Shown here one piece after another: positions 20,758 through 30,509 of a stretch of 57,676 nucleotides of DNA (its first letter is position 1; each line of letters opens with the position of its first letter). A program made the position numbers and the translations under genes. This stretch comes from Planctomycetota bacterium. GTDB taxonomy: Bacteria > Planctomycetota > JAFGQW01. The stretch covers positions 1 to 57,676 of the forward strand of contig JAFGQW010000141.1 in assembly GCA_016935485.1 (NCBI GenBank), in the 5' to 3' direction. Below the pieces are notes generated by a model that was not told the DNA's origin, ran no database searches, and saw only the letters and a list, made by a program, of their open reading frames with translations.

Positions 20758-21019
20758 AGGTCGGTGCGGAGGTGAAGGCGCCGGAGCAGAACGGGAAGCG
20801 TTTCCGCGAAGGATCCGTCCGGCAACGGGGATGGCTGGATCCACGACGCCCGGTTCTGCCGGTCCGCCGTCCGCTTCTGGGGCGCCCCGAGCTTTCGCGT
20901 GAGCGGCGTCGGTCTGCGCCTTGCCAGTGGCAGCCGCCGAGCTGGCGAAGCCCGGGCCACGCGAACCGGGCCTTCCATCGGACCCGCTGCGGGAAACGCT
21001 CCGCACGCCTCGCTGCAAC

Positions 21020-22810
21020 TTACGTCCGGCTGCGCCGCAGGAGCGAGGTTGCGGCGGCGAGCAGCACGAACAGCGCAGCCGCCCACGACAGGATCCGGCC
21101 GGCGCGGTAGGCCAGCGTGCCGCGGTAGACGAGCGTGACGTCGGGACCGACGTTCCGTCCGACGATCCGCATCAAGCCGGTGTCGGGATCCGGCTGGATG
21201 GCGATGTCGCCGCCCGCGTGTTCCGCGGTCCAGCCCGGCACGTAGAGCCGCGGCAGGACCACCGTCCACGCCGGCTCCGGCGGGACAACCGTGAATGCGA
21301 TCCACGTGTGGTGGTCGCGAAGCTCGACGGCCCGGTGCGGGAGTGGGGGCTCCGGGCGGACGGACGACGCGCGCCTCCGGGCAACCGCGTCCGCCGCCCA
21401 GACGGGCAGGTACTTGCTCTCCACGTCGTTGCTCCACAGGACCGCTCGCAGGCTCCGCACGTACGCCGCGCGCGTGCCCGGGTGATCCGTGAGATCCGCC
21501 GGTCCGCTTCGCTCCAGACCGAGCCATACCAGGCCAACCGTGACGGCCATGACCACGCAAGCCAGCCACACGCCGGCGCGGCCATGGCGCGGAGCGAGCA
21601 CCGTGACTCCGGCCAGAAACGCGAGGAACAGGCTCGCCACCAGGCTGAACCGCCAGGGAAACTGCACGTAGCGAAGCAGCGGCACCACATCCGCCGCCCA
21701 CGCGCCCCACGAGGTGGCGAGCATCAAAGCACAGAGCCCGAGGCCGAGCGCGCCTCCGGCCACCCGCGGAGGCAGCCCTGCCGTGGCGGGCCGGGACCGG
21801 CGCCGGAGTGCGACCAGCGCGCCGAGCCCGCCCAGCACGAGCAAGCCGCCGTCGATCGTCGGCTTCCAGGGGCTCGCCGCCCGCGGCGCGCGACCCAGAT
21901 CGGAGATCGCCAGGGCCGCGTGCCGGTAGCTGGTCGTCTCCCGGAACTGCCGGCTCATCAGCACGTCGCCCCGGTCGCAGAACGCGGGCAGCGCGTAGAA
22001 CGCCCCGAGCGCCCCGGCCAGCACGAAGACCAGGGCCAGCCGCCCGAACGCCCGGGCGCTCCCCCGGCCGAGAAGCAGGCCATAGCCAAACAGGAAGGGC
22101 GCGAGCATGAACGCCGTGAGGTTGTGCGCGAGCCCGAGCACCGCGAGCAGCAGCGCAGCGCCGAGGCACGGCCGCAGCGAGGTGGCGCGCAGCGCCCGCG
22201 TGACCGCCCAGAAGAGCCACGGGGCAAGGGCGAATCCCCACAGCTCGGCGTAGGCGAACCGGAAGTAGAGCTCCTGCAGATGGTACGAGGCGAGGAGGTA
22301 AGCACAGGCGCTGATCAGGGCCGCCCGGCGAGGCAGGAAGAGGCGGGCCCACGCATAAAGACCCAGGCCGGACAGCCAGAAGGTGAGCGCCGCCACCGCG
22401 GCCAGCGCCCGGTACGCGGGCATTCCGGCCAGCCACAGGAGCGAGGCCGGCAGGTAGGCGTAGGGCGCGTAGTACTTGAAGTTGATGCCGCCGAGTCCGC
22501 CGTAGAAGTTGGGCGTGCGGTGGGCGACCACCACGCCGTGGGCCAGCGCATCGCCGTACTCGCACGTGTTGTAGAGGTGGAAGCCGCCGTCGTGGCCGAG
22601 GAGGAAAGGACCCGAGAAGAGCGGCACGGCGACCACGGCCGCAAGGAGCCCCAGGAGCCACAACGGCAGGAGCCGCACCACGCGAGCGGCGCGGATCGCG
22701 GATCGCCCCAGGGTGGGATCCGCACCGCGAGGCGGTTTCAGGAGCTTCCCCGCGTTGGTCTCCGGTCTGGCTCCGGGTCTCTTTCCGCGCGGCGACGGTG
22801 GATCGATCAT
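21020..22810 (-). CDS. polytopic membrane protein of the YfhO / 6-pyruvoyl-tetrahydropterin-synthase-related (GT-C-like) type
   Basis: LFSGPFLLGHDGGFHLYNTCEYGDALAHG after TM1 is the pattern I associate with that family. More than 10 TM segments, then a C-terminal soluble domain. Confidence 0.6.
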   Translation of the reverse strand: MIDPPSPRGKRPGARPETNAGKLLKPPRGADPTLGRSAIRAARVVRLLPLWLLGLLAAVVAVPLFSGPFLLGHDGGFHLYNTCEYGDALAHGVVVAHRTPNFYGGLGGINFKYYAPYAYLPASLLWLAGMPAYRALAAVAALTFWLSGLGLYAWARLFLPRRAALISACAYLLASYHLQELYFRFAYAELWGFALAPWLFWAVTRALRATSLRPCLGAALLLAVLGLAHNLTAFMLAPFLFGYGLLLGRGSARAFGRLALVFVLAGALGAFYALPAFCDRGDVLMSRQFRETTSYRHAALAISDLGRAPRAASPWKPTIDGGLLVLGGLGALVALRRRSRPATAGLPPRVAGGALGLGLCALMLATSWGAWAADVVPLLRYVQFPWRFSLVASLFLAFLAGVTVLAPRHGRAGVWLACVVMAVTVGLVWLGLERSGPADLTDHPGTRAAYVRSLRAVLWSNDVESKYLPVWAADAVARRRASSVRPEPPLPHRAVELRDHHTWIAFTVVPPEPAWTVVLPRLYVPGWTAEHAGGDIAIQPDPDTGLMRIVGRNVGPDVTLVYRGTLAYRAGRILSWAAALFVLLAAATSLLRRSRT

Positions 22811-23043
22811 GAGCCTCGTTCAATCGCCCGGTTGGCTTTCGCGGCCGGGATCCCGGCAACGGTGCCGGTGGATTGTAACTGACCTCAGGCCGGCGTGAAG
22901 AACGCTTCCCGCTCCGCCACGTCATCCCCGAGCCCGGCGGGCCCGCGATGCACGGCCGGCGCGCCGGCGAAAAGGACTCGCAATCCCGCGGGCGCTCGGG
23001 TACTCTCGGGCCGAACCACCAGCGTGCGCTGCGCAGCATCAAG

Positions 23044-24627
23044 ATGCAGAAACAACGTGTCGCCCGGGCCGCCGTGGGAGGGCTTTTTCTCGTCTACGTG
23101 GCGGTGGGACTGCTCGTCTTGCCCGACTACGGCGTCTCCTGGGACGAGCCCGCCCAGCGCGCCATCGGCAGCCACGCGTTCGACTACGCTTTTGGCGGCG
23201 ACCCGACGCTGCTCGGCTTCGGCGACCGCACGTACGGGCCGGTCTTCGAGCTGGCGCTCATCGGTCTGGAGCGCTTGCTGGGTCTCACCGATGACGCGCG
23301 GGCGATCTACCGCCTCCGGCACACGGCGGTCTTCCTGGTGTTCTGCGCGGGCGCGATCGCCTTCTACCACCTGGCGCGGTGCCGGTTTCGCCGCCGCGGT
23401 CTGGCCCTGCTCGGCTGTGCGTTCCTGGTGCTCCATCCGCGGCTGTTCGCCCACGCCTTCTTCAACTCCAAGGACATCCCGTTCCTCGTGCTCTTCGTGA
23501 TCAGCGTGGTGACGCTGCGCCGCTTTCTCCGCCGCCGGACGCTGGAGAGCGCGCTCCTGCACGCGCTCACCTCGGCGCTCCTGATCGACCTGCGCGTGCC
23601 CGGCGCGGTGATCTACGTGCTGACCGCGGGCTTCATGCTGCTCGACACCGCGGTGCGGCGCGGGCCGGCGCGAGGCTGGGCCAGGACCGGCGCGCTGCTG
23701 GCCGTCCACACCGTGGCCCTCGCCGGCCTGGTGACGGCGTTCTGGCCGTATCTCTGGCCGAACCCGGCAGCGCATTTCCTCGAGGCGTTCGCGCGGATGA
23801 GCCACTACCCGATGCAGGCCACGGTCTTCTACCTCGGCGAGTTCATCCGGCCGGCGGACGTGCCCTGGCACTACGCGCCGGTGTGGATGGCCGTGACCAC
23901 GCCGCTGGTGGTGCTGATACTGCTCGTGGTGGGGACCGGAGCGGTAGTGGCCGAGCTCGTCCGCCGGCCGCTCGAGACCCTGCGCCGCCGCCGGGACGAT
24001 CTGCTCTTCCTGGCCTGGTTCCTCACCCCGCTCGGCGCGGTGATCGGGCTCGGATCCGCGCTCTACGACGGCTGGCGCCAGCTCTACTTCGTCTACCCGG
24101 CCGCGGTGCTGCTGGCGCTCCGGGCGCTTCGCGACCTCGGGCTCGCGGCGCGGCGCCTGCGCCGGCCACGCCTCCGGCGCGCGGTGCTGGCGGCACTGGC
24201 GCTGGGCGTGGCCGGCTCGCTCGTCTGGATCGCGTCGATCCTGGTCCGCTATCATCCTCACCAGCAGGTCTACTTCAACCGGCTGGCGGGTCGCGATCTG
24301 GCCGCGGTCAAGTCGCGCTTCGATCTGGACTACTGGGGGCTTTCCTACCGGCAGGCCCTCGAGTACGTGGTGGCGCACGACCGCGCGCCGCGAATCCGGG
24401 TCTACGTGAACAACCTGCCGGGCGTCTTCAACGTGATCTGGCTCGCCGAAGCGGATCGCCAGCGCCTGCTGCCTGCCTTCACGCCCGAGCAGGCCGACTA
24501 CTTCATCAGCAACTACCGCCATCATCGCGGCGAGTATCCCTACCGGGACGAGGTGTTCTCGGTGCGGATCGACGGCGCGCGGATCATGGTGGTCTACCGC
24601 ATGAAGGCGGAGGCCCCGCATGAGTGA
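23044..24627 (+). CDS. GT-C fold glycosyltransferase, GT39/ArnT-like
   Basis: ATG at 23044 (MQKQRV). After TM1 comes the VSWDEPAQRAIG loop. FFNSKDIPFLVLFV. Many TM segments, then a C-terminal soluble domain. Confidence 0.7.
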   Translation: MQKQRVARAAVGGLFLVYVAVGLLVLPDYGVSWDEPAQRAIGSHAFDYAFGGDPTLLGFGDRTYGPVFELALIGLERLLGLTDDARAIYRLRHTAVFLVFCAGAIAFYHLARCRFRRRGLALLGCAFLVLHPRLFAHAFFNSKDIPFLVLFVISVVTLRRFLRRRTLESALLHALTSALLIDLRVPGAVIYVLTAGFMLLDTAVRRGPARGWARTGALLAVHTVALAGLVTAFWPYLWPNPAAHFLEAFARMSHYPMQATVFYLGEFIRPADVPWHYAPVWMAVTTPLVVLILLVVGTGAVVAELVRRPLETLRRRRDDLLFLAWFLTPLGAVIGLGSALYDGWRQLYFVYPAAVLLALRALRDLGLAARRLRRPRLRRAVLAALALGVAGSLVWIASILVRYHPHQQVYFNRLAGRDLAAVKSRFDLDYWGLSYRQALEYVVAHDRAPRIRVYVNNLPGVFNVIWLAEADRQRLLPAFTPEQADYFISNYRHHRGEYPYRDEVFSVRIDGARIMVVYRMKAEAPHE

Positions 24628-26722
24628 GCACGGAGCGCGCGGGCGGCGGGCCGGGCTGGCGCTCGTGGTCCTGATGGTGGTCGTGGGCGCCCTCCACGTG
24701 ACGTGGCTCCGCCTCGACCACGATCCACCCATCGTGGACGAGCTGCGGGAGCTCCGCAAGCTGGACCAGGCGCTCGACCGGATCCGGACCGCGCCGCTCG
24801 CGGGGCTGGCGGGGCTGGCGGTGCTCGGGGCTCCCCATCCGCCGGGACTGACCATCACCGCACTGCCCGTCTACGCTGCCACCGGGCGCGACGTGCGCTG
24901 GACCCGGGCCGTGAACGTCCTCTACTTGCTCGTGGCCATGGCCGGCGCCTTCTGGCTCGTGCGGCCCCACGCCGGCCCGACCGCCGGCTGGCTAGTGGCC
25001 GCGCTCGTCGGCGTGGCGCCGTTCGCCTTCCAGCAGACCTCCCGCCTGCGGCTGGAGGCGCCGCTCACGGCCATGGTCCCGCTGCTCGTCGGGCTGGCTC
25101 TCGCGAGCGAGGGCTTCACCCGGCGGCGACCGGCCTTCCTGCTGGGCCTGGTGGTGGGCTGGATGATGCTGGTCAAGTGGACGGCGGTGGTCTTCTGGGT
25201 GGGGCCGCTCGTGCTCACGCTCGTGGAAGCGTGGCGCCGGTGGAAAGCGGCGCGTCAAGATCGCGCACGGCATGGCCCCGGAGGGGGGCTCTTGCTCTTC
25301 GCGCTCGGGTCGTGCCTGGCGCTGCCCTGGTACGTGGCGCACGCCCCCGATGTGGCGGCGTTTCTGCGTTTCAACGAGGCGCTGATCATCCCGCCCGCCT
25401 GGCAGCACCTCTACACTCGATCCACGTTCGTCTCCTACCTTTTCTACCCCCTGGCTCTGGACGATCTCCTCGGCCTCGCGCTGTTCATGGGCGCCGGGGT
25501 GGGTTTCGCACTGTTCGTTGGAGCCAGGGCCGGCCGCCGCGACCGGCTGGCCGCACACGCGGTGGCCGTCTTCGTGCCGGCCTGCGCGCTGCTTTCCCTG
25601 CTGCAGCTCAAGGAGGTTCGCCACCTCAGCCCGGCCGCGCCGGCCCTGGTGTGGCTCGGGGTGGGATGGCTCTTTACCGCGGTGCGACCCGGGCGGGCCC
25701 GGACCGCCGGCGTCGCGGTCGTGGTGCTGCTCACCGCAGCCACCGGGCTCCTCCCGGCCTTCGGGCTGGTGCGGGGGAGACTCGCGATCGTGGAGATCGC
25801 GCGGGGTGTGGACATCTCGGCCGTTCCCCCGGTGGCCCCGCCCCGGAGGGAACCGTGGCCGCACGGCCGGGCGCTCGAGGCCGTGGCCGCGGACTGGGCC
25901 GCGCGGGGCCGGGCCGGGAAGGCCTCGGTGGTCGCGCTCACCCGGTCTCAGGGGGCAGACCACGACACCTTGCGCTTTGCCGCCCGTGGACTGGCGCTCG
26001 GGCTGGTGTTCGACGCGATGCCGGACCACGCGTTCCCCCTGGAGGGTCTGGCCGGCGCGGACTACATCGTCACCACCACCCTCCCGGCCGAGCTCGACCC
26101 GACGCCGGGTCATCGGCCCACCGTGGAGGCCGCGCGCTGGCTCGTCGGGATGGATCCGCCCGGACCGCCGCCCGAGCTGGTGGAGATCTTCGCGGCGCCG
26201 CTGCCGGTGGGCCTGGACCTGCTGGTCTTCCGCCGCGAGCGAGAGCTGGACCGGGCGTTCCTCAAGCGCCTGGCGTCCGCGATCCGCGGCGGCTGCGCCT
26301 GGCCGCCGGATGAGGCGATCCTGGCCGGCGCCCCCCGCCGTGCTCTGCCGGCTGGCGAGATCGCGCTCTACCGGGCACCTCGCCTGGACCGCGACGGCGG
26401 GTGGCTGGAGGTGACGCCGGTCGCAACCGAGGCAGGCGTCGTGGAGGTCCACATCCACGGGCCGGCGGGCGCCCGGTTTCACCTGGCGGCCGGCACCCAC
26501 CGCATCCTGGCACGCGCGCCGTCTGGCTGGGTGCGCATCCGGGATCCCAGGACCCTGGCCTCGGGCACCCTCGACGCCGCGGGCCGGGCGTCCGTCCGTT
26601 GGCGCCCGGCGACGTTCACGCCCCGCCGGTTCTCGACGATCTACCTGCAGGCCGTTGCCGAGGGGCCGGGCGTCTCCTGCCTCACCGCCTGGGCCGCGTG
26701 CGTGCTGGCCGGGGGAGATTGA
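24620..26722 (+). CDS. GT-C/ArnT-like membrane protein with a large C-terminal periplasmic domain
   Basis: 8-nt overlap with the upstream gene. LDHDPPIVDE loop, HPPG, and the MMLVKWTAVVF block. About 12 TM segments followed by an approximately 300-aa soluble region. Confidence 0.6.
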   Translation: MSEHGARGRRAGLALVVLMVVVGALHVTWLRLDHDPPIVDELRELRKLDQALDRIRTAPLAGLAGLAVLGAPHPPGLTITALPVYAATGRDVRWTRAVNVLYLLVAMAGAFWLVRPHAGPTAGWLVAALVGVAPFAFQQTSRLRLEAPLTAMVPLLVGLALASEGFTRRRPAFLLGLVVGWMMLVKWTAVVFWVGPLVLTLVEAWRRWKAARQDRARHGPGGGLLLFALGSCLALPWYVAHAPDVAAFLRFNEALIIPPAWQHLYTRSTFVSYLFYPLALDDLLGLALFMGAGVGFALFVGARAGRRDRLAAHAVAVFVPACALLSLLQLKEVRHLSPAAPALVWLGVGWLFTAVRPGRARTAGVAVVVLLTAATGLLPAFGLVRGRLAIVEIARGVDISAVPPVAPPRREPWPHGRALEAVAADWAARGRAGKASVVALTRSQGADHDTLRFAARGLALGLVFDAMPDHAFPLEGLAGADYIVTTTLPAELDPTPGHRPTVEAARWLVGMDPPGPPPELVEIFAAPLPVGLDLLVFRRERELDRAFLKRLASAIRGGCAWPPDEAILAGAPRRALPAGEIALYRAPRLDRDGGWLEVTPVATEAGVVEVHIHGPAGARFHLAAGTHRILARAPSGWVRIRDPRTLASGTLDAAGRASVRWRPATFTPRRFSTIYLQAVAEGPGVSCLTAWAACVLAGGD

Positions 26723-26953
26723 GCGGCCAAGCCCACGAGGTGCGGGCGAGAACGCCGTCACTTCCGGGGCGGAAGGGACACCGGGGCTCCGGTCGCGCGC
26801 GGTTCCGGGTGAGCGTCGCGCGCGCGAAGTGGGCGCGGCGGGCGCTAGCCATTCCCGAGAATGCAATCGCGACACGGCCGTGTGCCGGTACCGGCTTTGC
26901 GGTGGTAGGATGGGGTCTCGGATTCGGGTCAGCTTCGAGGCAGGGAGGTCGCG

Positions 26954-29491
26954 ATGCGATTCCTTCTGGTTGTCGCGCTGGGAATGACCGCGCTTTTTCC
27001 GGGGGGCTCCCTGACTGTCCAGGCGGTGTCTCCCCCCAGTCCATCGCTCCTCCGGACCACGTTCGGCAAGCTCCCGCTCTACTTCGTGGAGAACGGGGGC
27101 GTCTACCCGGAGGAGGTCAAGTTCTACGTCCAGGGCGCGGACAAGACGCTGTTCTTCACGCCGGCCGGGATCACGTTCCGACTGAAGGGCCAGGACCGGG
27201 ACTGGGTCGTCAAGCTGGAGTTCATCGGCGCGAACCGGGACGTGGTTCCTTCCGGGAAAGACCCGCAGCAGGCGATCTTCAGCTACTTCAAGGGGCCGAA
27301 GGAGGAGTGGAAAACGGGGCTCCGAACGTTCTCGAGGATCGTCTACCGTGATCTCTGGCCCGGGATCGACTTGGTCTACCGGGCGGGCGTGGGGGTGCTC
27401 AAGTACGAGTTCCAGGTCGCACCGGGCGCGGACCCGGCCCAGATCCGTCTCCGGTATCGCGGAGCCAGCTCGGTGACGACGACCAGGGCCGGGGCGCTTC
27501 GCGTCGAGACGCCCGCGGCGGTGTTCGAGGATGAAGCTCCGGTTGCACATCAAGCCCGGGATGGCCGTTCGGTGTCCGTGGCGTTTGCGCTCGTGGAAGC
27601 CGACGGCGGCGCAGATGCTGCGGATCGGGTTCTCGCGTTTCGCCTGGGGCCGTACGACGGCACCTCGGCGCTGGTCATCGATCCTGTCCTCCTGGCCTAC
27701 TGCGGGTACATTGGCGGCGGAGGTCACTGGTGTGGCGACTCGGGTACCGGGATTGCTGTGGATTCTGCGGGCCACGCCTACGTCACCGGCCAGACCTTCG
27801 TCAGCGAGGCGACCTTTCCCGTGGCGGTGGGACCGGACCGCACGTACAACGGTGCCAGCGATGCGTACGTGGCAAAGGTCGATCCCCACGGAACCCAGCT
27901 TCTCTATTGCGGCTACCTCGGTGGTGTTTCCTCGGACTGGGGCTGTGGTATCGCCGTGGACGCGGCCGGAAACGCCTTCGTGACCGGGGTTGCCGGCTCT
28001 GATGAGAACAGCTTTCCGGTGAAGAACGGGCCGCACTTGACGCACAGGGGCAACGTCGATGCCTTCGTGGCCAAGGTGAACCCGCAGGGGACGGGGCTTG
28101 ACTACTGCGGCTATATCGGTGGTCAGTCCTCGGACTGGGGCCACGGCATCGCCGTCGATGCTTTCGGCGCCGCCTACGTCGTCGGTGAAACGCATAGCAG
28201 CGAGGCGACGTTTCCGGTGAGGGTGGGGCCGGATACAACACACAACGGCGGCCACGTGGACGGCTTTGTCGCGAAGGTGACTCCAGACGGTACGGCCCTG
28301 GTCTACTGCGGGTACGTCGGGGGAGCGGGTGCCGATGTCGCGTTCCGGGTGGCCGTGGATCCGTCGGGCCACGCGCTCCTGACGGGAAAGACCGACAGCA
28401 GCGAGGCGACGTTTCCGGTGAGGGTGGGCCCGGACCTGACGCACAACGGTGGGGACGATGCGTTCGTGGCGAAGGTGACACCGGATGGAACGCGCCTCGT
28501 CTTCTGCGGGTACGTCGGCGGATCCGGTGCAGATTCCGGCAACGGCATTGCGGTCGATGCGACCGGCAACGCCTACCTTGCTGGCACGACGAGCAGCAAC
28601 GAGTGGACGTTCCCGGTGCAGGTCGGACCCGATCTGACCTACAACGGCAACGGCGACGCCTTCGTGGCGAAGCTGGACTCCCGGGGAACGCCGCTCCTTT
28701 ACTGTGGCTACCTCGGCGGCAGCGGCCCGGACTCCGACCAAGGCCTCGGGGTGGCCATCGATGCCATGGGAAACGCGTACGTGGCTGGGGTCGCGTGCAG
28801 CGACGAGCGGTCCTTCCCGGTGCGAGTCGGTCCGGTTCTCACCTACAGCGGTCCGTGGGTCATGCTGAACTACGGGGATGGGTTCCTGGCCAGGGTGAAC
28901 TCCCAGGGCACCGCGCTCGTCTACTGCGGCTACATCGGGGGGATGTGGTGGGACGGCTGCCTGGACGTTGCCGCCGATCCCGCGGGCAATGCCTACGTGA
29001 CCGGCCATACGCAGAGCAACGAGACCACCTTTCCGGTCGTCGTGGGTCCCGATCTCACCTACAACGACGCCGGTCCCCCGGAAGGCGACGCCTTTGTGGC
29101 GAGAGTCGTGCAAACGCTCCTCGAAGGGACCGGCAGTCCGCGCCCGGGTGGCGCAGTAGTCCTGAACCTCTGGGCAAGCGATGACGCCGGACTCGCCTAC
29201 CAAGTTGGCACCTCGCAGGGCACGGGCCCGATCCGCATCGACACCCGGCAGATCGATCTTCGCGGGGATGCTCTGCTGCTGCTCTCGGTGTCGGGTGCTG
29301 CGCCCGGCGTTTTCTCCGGGTACCGCGCCGTGATCGACTCCCAGGGACAAGCCCAGGCGGCGATTCACATTCCGGACCTCCCGGCGCTGATCGGGACCCG
29401 CCTGCACACGGCATTCGTTACGCTGGACCGGCAGGCACCGTCCGGCGTCAAGTCGATCTCCAACACGTTCTCGTTCTCGATCACGACGTAG
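26954..29491 (+). CDS. secreted SBBP (beta-propeller repeat) protein
   Basis: Signal MRFLLVVALGMTALFPGG. N-terminal domain GKLPLYFVENGG...KFYVQG. Seven repeats of the pattern Y/FCGYxGG...GIAVDxxGNAYVTG...FPV..GPD.T.NG..DAFVAK. Confidence 0.85.
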   Translation: MRFLLVVALGMTALFPGGSLTVQAVSPPSPSLLRTTFGKLPLYFVENGGVYPEEVKFYVQGADKTLFFTPAGITFRLKGQDRDWVVKLEFIGANRDVVPSGKDPQQAIFSYFKGPKEEWKTGLRTFSRIVYRDLWPGIDLVYRAGVGVLKYEFQVAPGADPAQIRLRYRGASSVTTTRAGALRVETPAAVFEDEAPVAHQARDGRSVSVAFALVEADGGADAADRVLAFRLGPYDGTSALVIDPVLLAYCGYIGGGGHWCGDSGTGIAVDSAGHAYVTGQTFVSEATFPVAVGPDRTYNGASDAYVAKVDPHGTQLLYCGYLGGVSSDWGCGIAVDAAGNAFVTGVAGSDENSFPVKNGPHLTHRGNVDAFVAKVNPQGTGLDYCGYIGGQSSDWGHGIAVDAFGAAYVVGETHSSEATFPVRVGPDTTHNGGHVDGFVAKVTPDGTALVYCGYVGGAGADVAFRVAVDPSGHALLTGKTDSSEATFPVRVGPDLTHNGGDDAFVAKVTPDGTRLVFCGYVGGSGADSGNGIAVDATGNAYLAGTTSSNEWTFPVQVGPDLTYNGNGDAFVAKLDSRGTPLLYCGYLGGSGPDSDQGLGVAIDAMGNAYVAGVACSDERSFPVRVGPVLTYSGPWVMLNYGDGFLARVNSQGTALVYCGYIGGMWWDGCLDVAADPAGNAYVTGHTQSNETTFPVVVGPDLTYNDAGPPEGDAFVARVVQTLLEGTGSPRPGGAVVLNLWASDDAGLAYQVGTSQGTGPIRIDTRQIDLRGDALLLLSVSGAAPGVFSGYRAVIDSQGQAQAAIHIPDLPALIGTRLHTAFVTLDRQAPSGVKSISNTFSFSITT
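27690..29090 (+). repeat. intragenic SBBP repeat array (7 units of roughly 170-200 nt)
   Basis: Some units are near-identical at the DNA level: agcagcgaggcgacgtttccggtgagggtggg at 28196-28227 recurs exactly at 28397-28428 (offset 201 nt). Confidence 0.85.
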
Positions 29492-30422
29492 GTTCCCTCG
29501 CCGCTCGACACGACGCCGGAAAGCCATCCACTTCGGGCGCCCGCGAAGAAGGCAAGCCCACCGCGCATGCCGGCCGGAATCGCGCCGGCAGCCCGACCCC
29601 AGCGACGCGGAGATCGCGGCACCCCGCGATGCGCTGGCGCCCCCGCGGCCGCTCTGTACCGCCGCGGAGGACTCGCCAGGAAGCGCCAGGCGGTGAAGCG
29701 TTGTCCCCGGCCGGGGTATCCCACGCGCCGCAGGGGGCCCAGGGTCTCCTCGCCGACCTCCCGGTGGCGGTCAGCCGCCGCGCCGTGCAGTCTCGCAGAG
29801 ACAGAGCAAGAAGGCCTGCGTTCCTCCGCCGACGCTCCCAGCGAGCACGCAGCTCGCCGGCGTGGCCCGACCCCTCAACTGGCTGGCGGGACCCTTCTTC
29901 CTGGCCTTCCCGGCGTGGACGACAGCCTCGCGGCTGAGACCCGGCACGGGGCGGGCACTTCAGCGCCACCGGCTTCTGGGTGGCCGTGTTCTTCCTCGCG
30001 GCGGTGGGCTGCCCCTGTACGACGGGCAGCTTCGGCCTCGCCGGCGTGCCCGTCGCCCTGGCGATTCTGACGCTCTGTGCGAGTGCGTCGTTTCGACGCT
30101 GGAAGGAAGGGAAGATCCTCCGGGGTCAGTCCGGCGGGCACTTGCCGTAGGTCTCGACCTGGCGGATCACGCACCACGGCTCCCACGTGGCGTGGGTGTC
30201 CCGTCGTCGGTTGCGCTCTTCGCCTGCAGCCGAGTCACGACCCCGCAGCCGCAAGCCGGCCGGCTCGCATGGCGCGTCGCTCCAGAGCTTGCTCCGGACC
30301 ACCGCACTGCGGCGGGATCCGGCCTCAAGAACGGTACGTACCGTCTTGAGGGTGCGTTCTGGGCCCGCACCACCGACCGGGGCCAGGCAGGGATAACTTG
30401 AGCCTTCGGAAGGGGTTATCGC

Positions 30423-30499
30423 TGGTGGGCGATACTGGATTCGAACCAGTGACCTCCACAATGTGAGTGTGGCGCTCTAACCAGCTGAGCTAATCGCCC
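30423..30499 (-). tRNA. tRNA-Val (anticodon CAC), CCA encoded
   Basis: The reverse complement reads GGGCGAUUAGCUCAGCUGGUUAGAGCGCCACACUCACAUUGUGGAGGUCACUGGUUCGAAUCCAGUAUCGCCCACCA. It has a 7-bp acceptor stem, D arm GCUC/GAGC, anticodon stem CCACA/UGUGG with loop CUCACAU, and T arm ACUGG-UUCGAAU-CCAGU. Confidence 0.9.
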
Positions 30500-30509
30500 A
30501 CGAGGCCGA

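Noticed and set aside
24992-29527. 1511-aa ORF on the minus strand
   Set aside because: It is antisense to the GT-C gene and the SBBP gene, both of which have clear family signatures. The translation is Arg/Gly/Pro/His-rich low complexity. This is a typical stop-free antisense frame in roughly 70% GC DNA.
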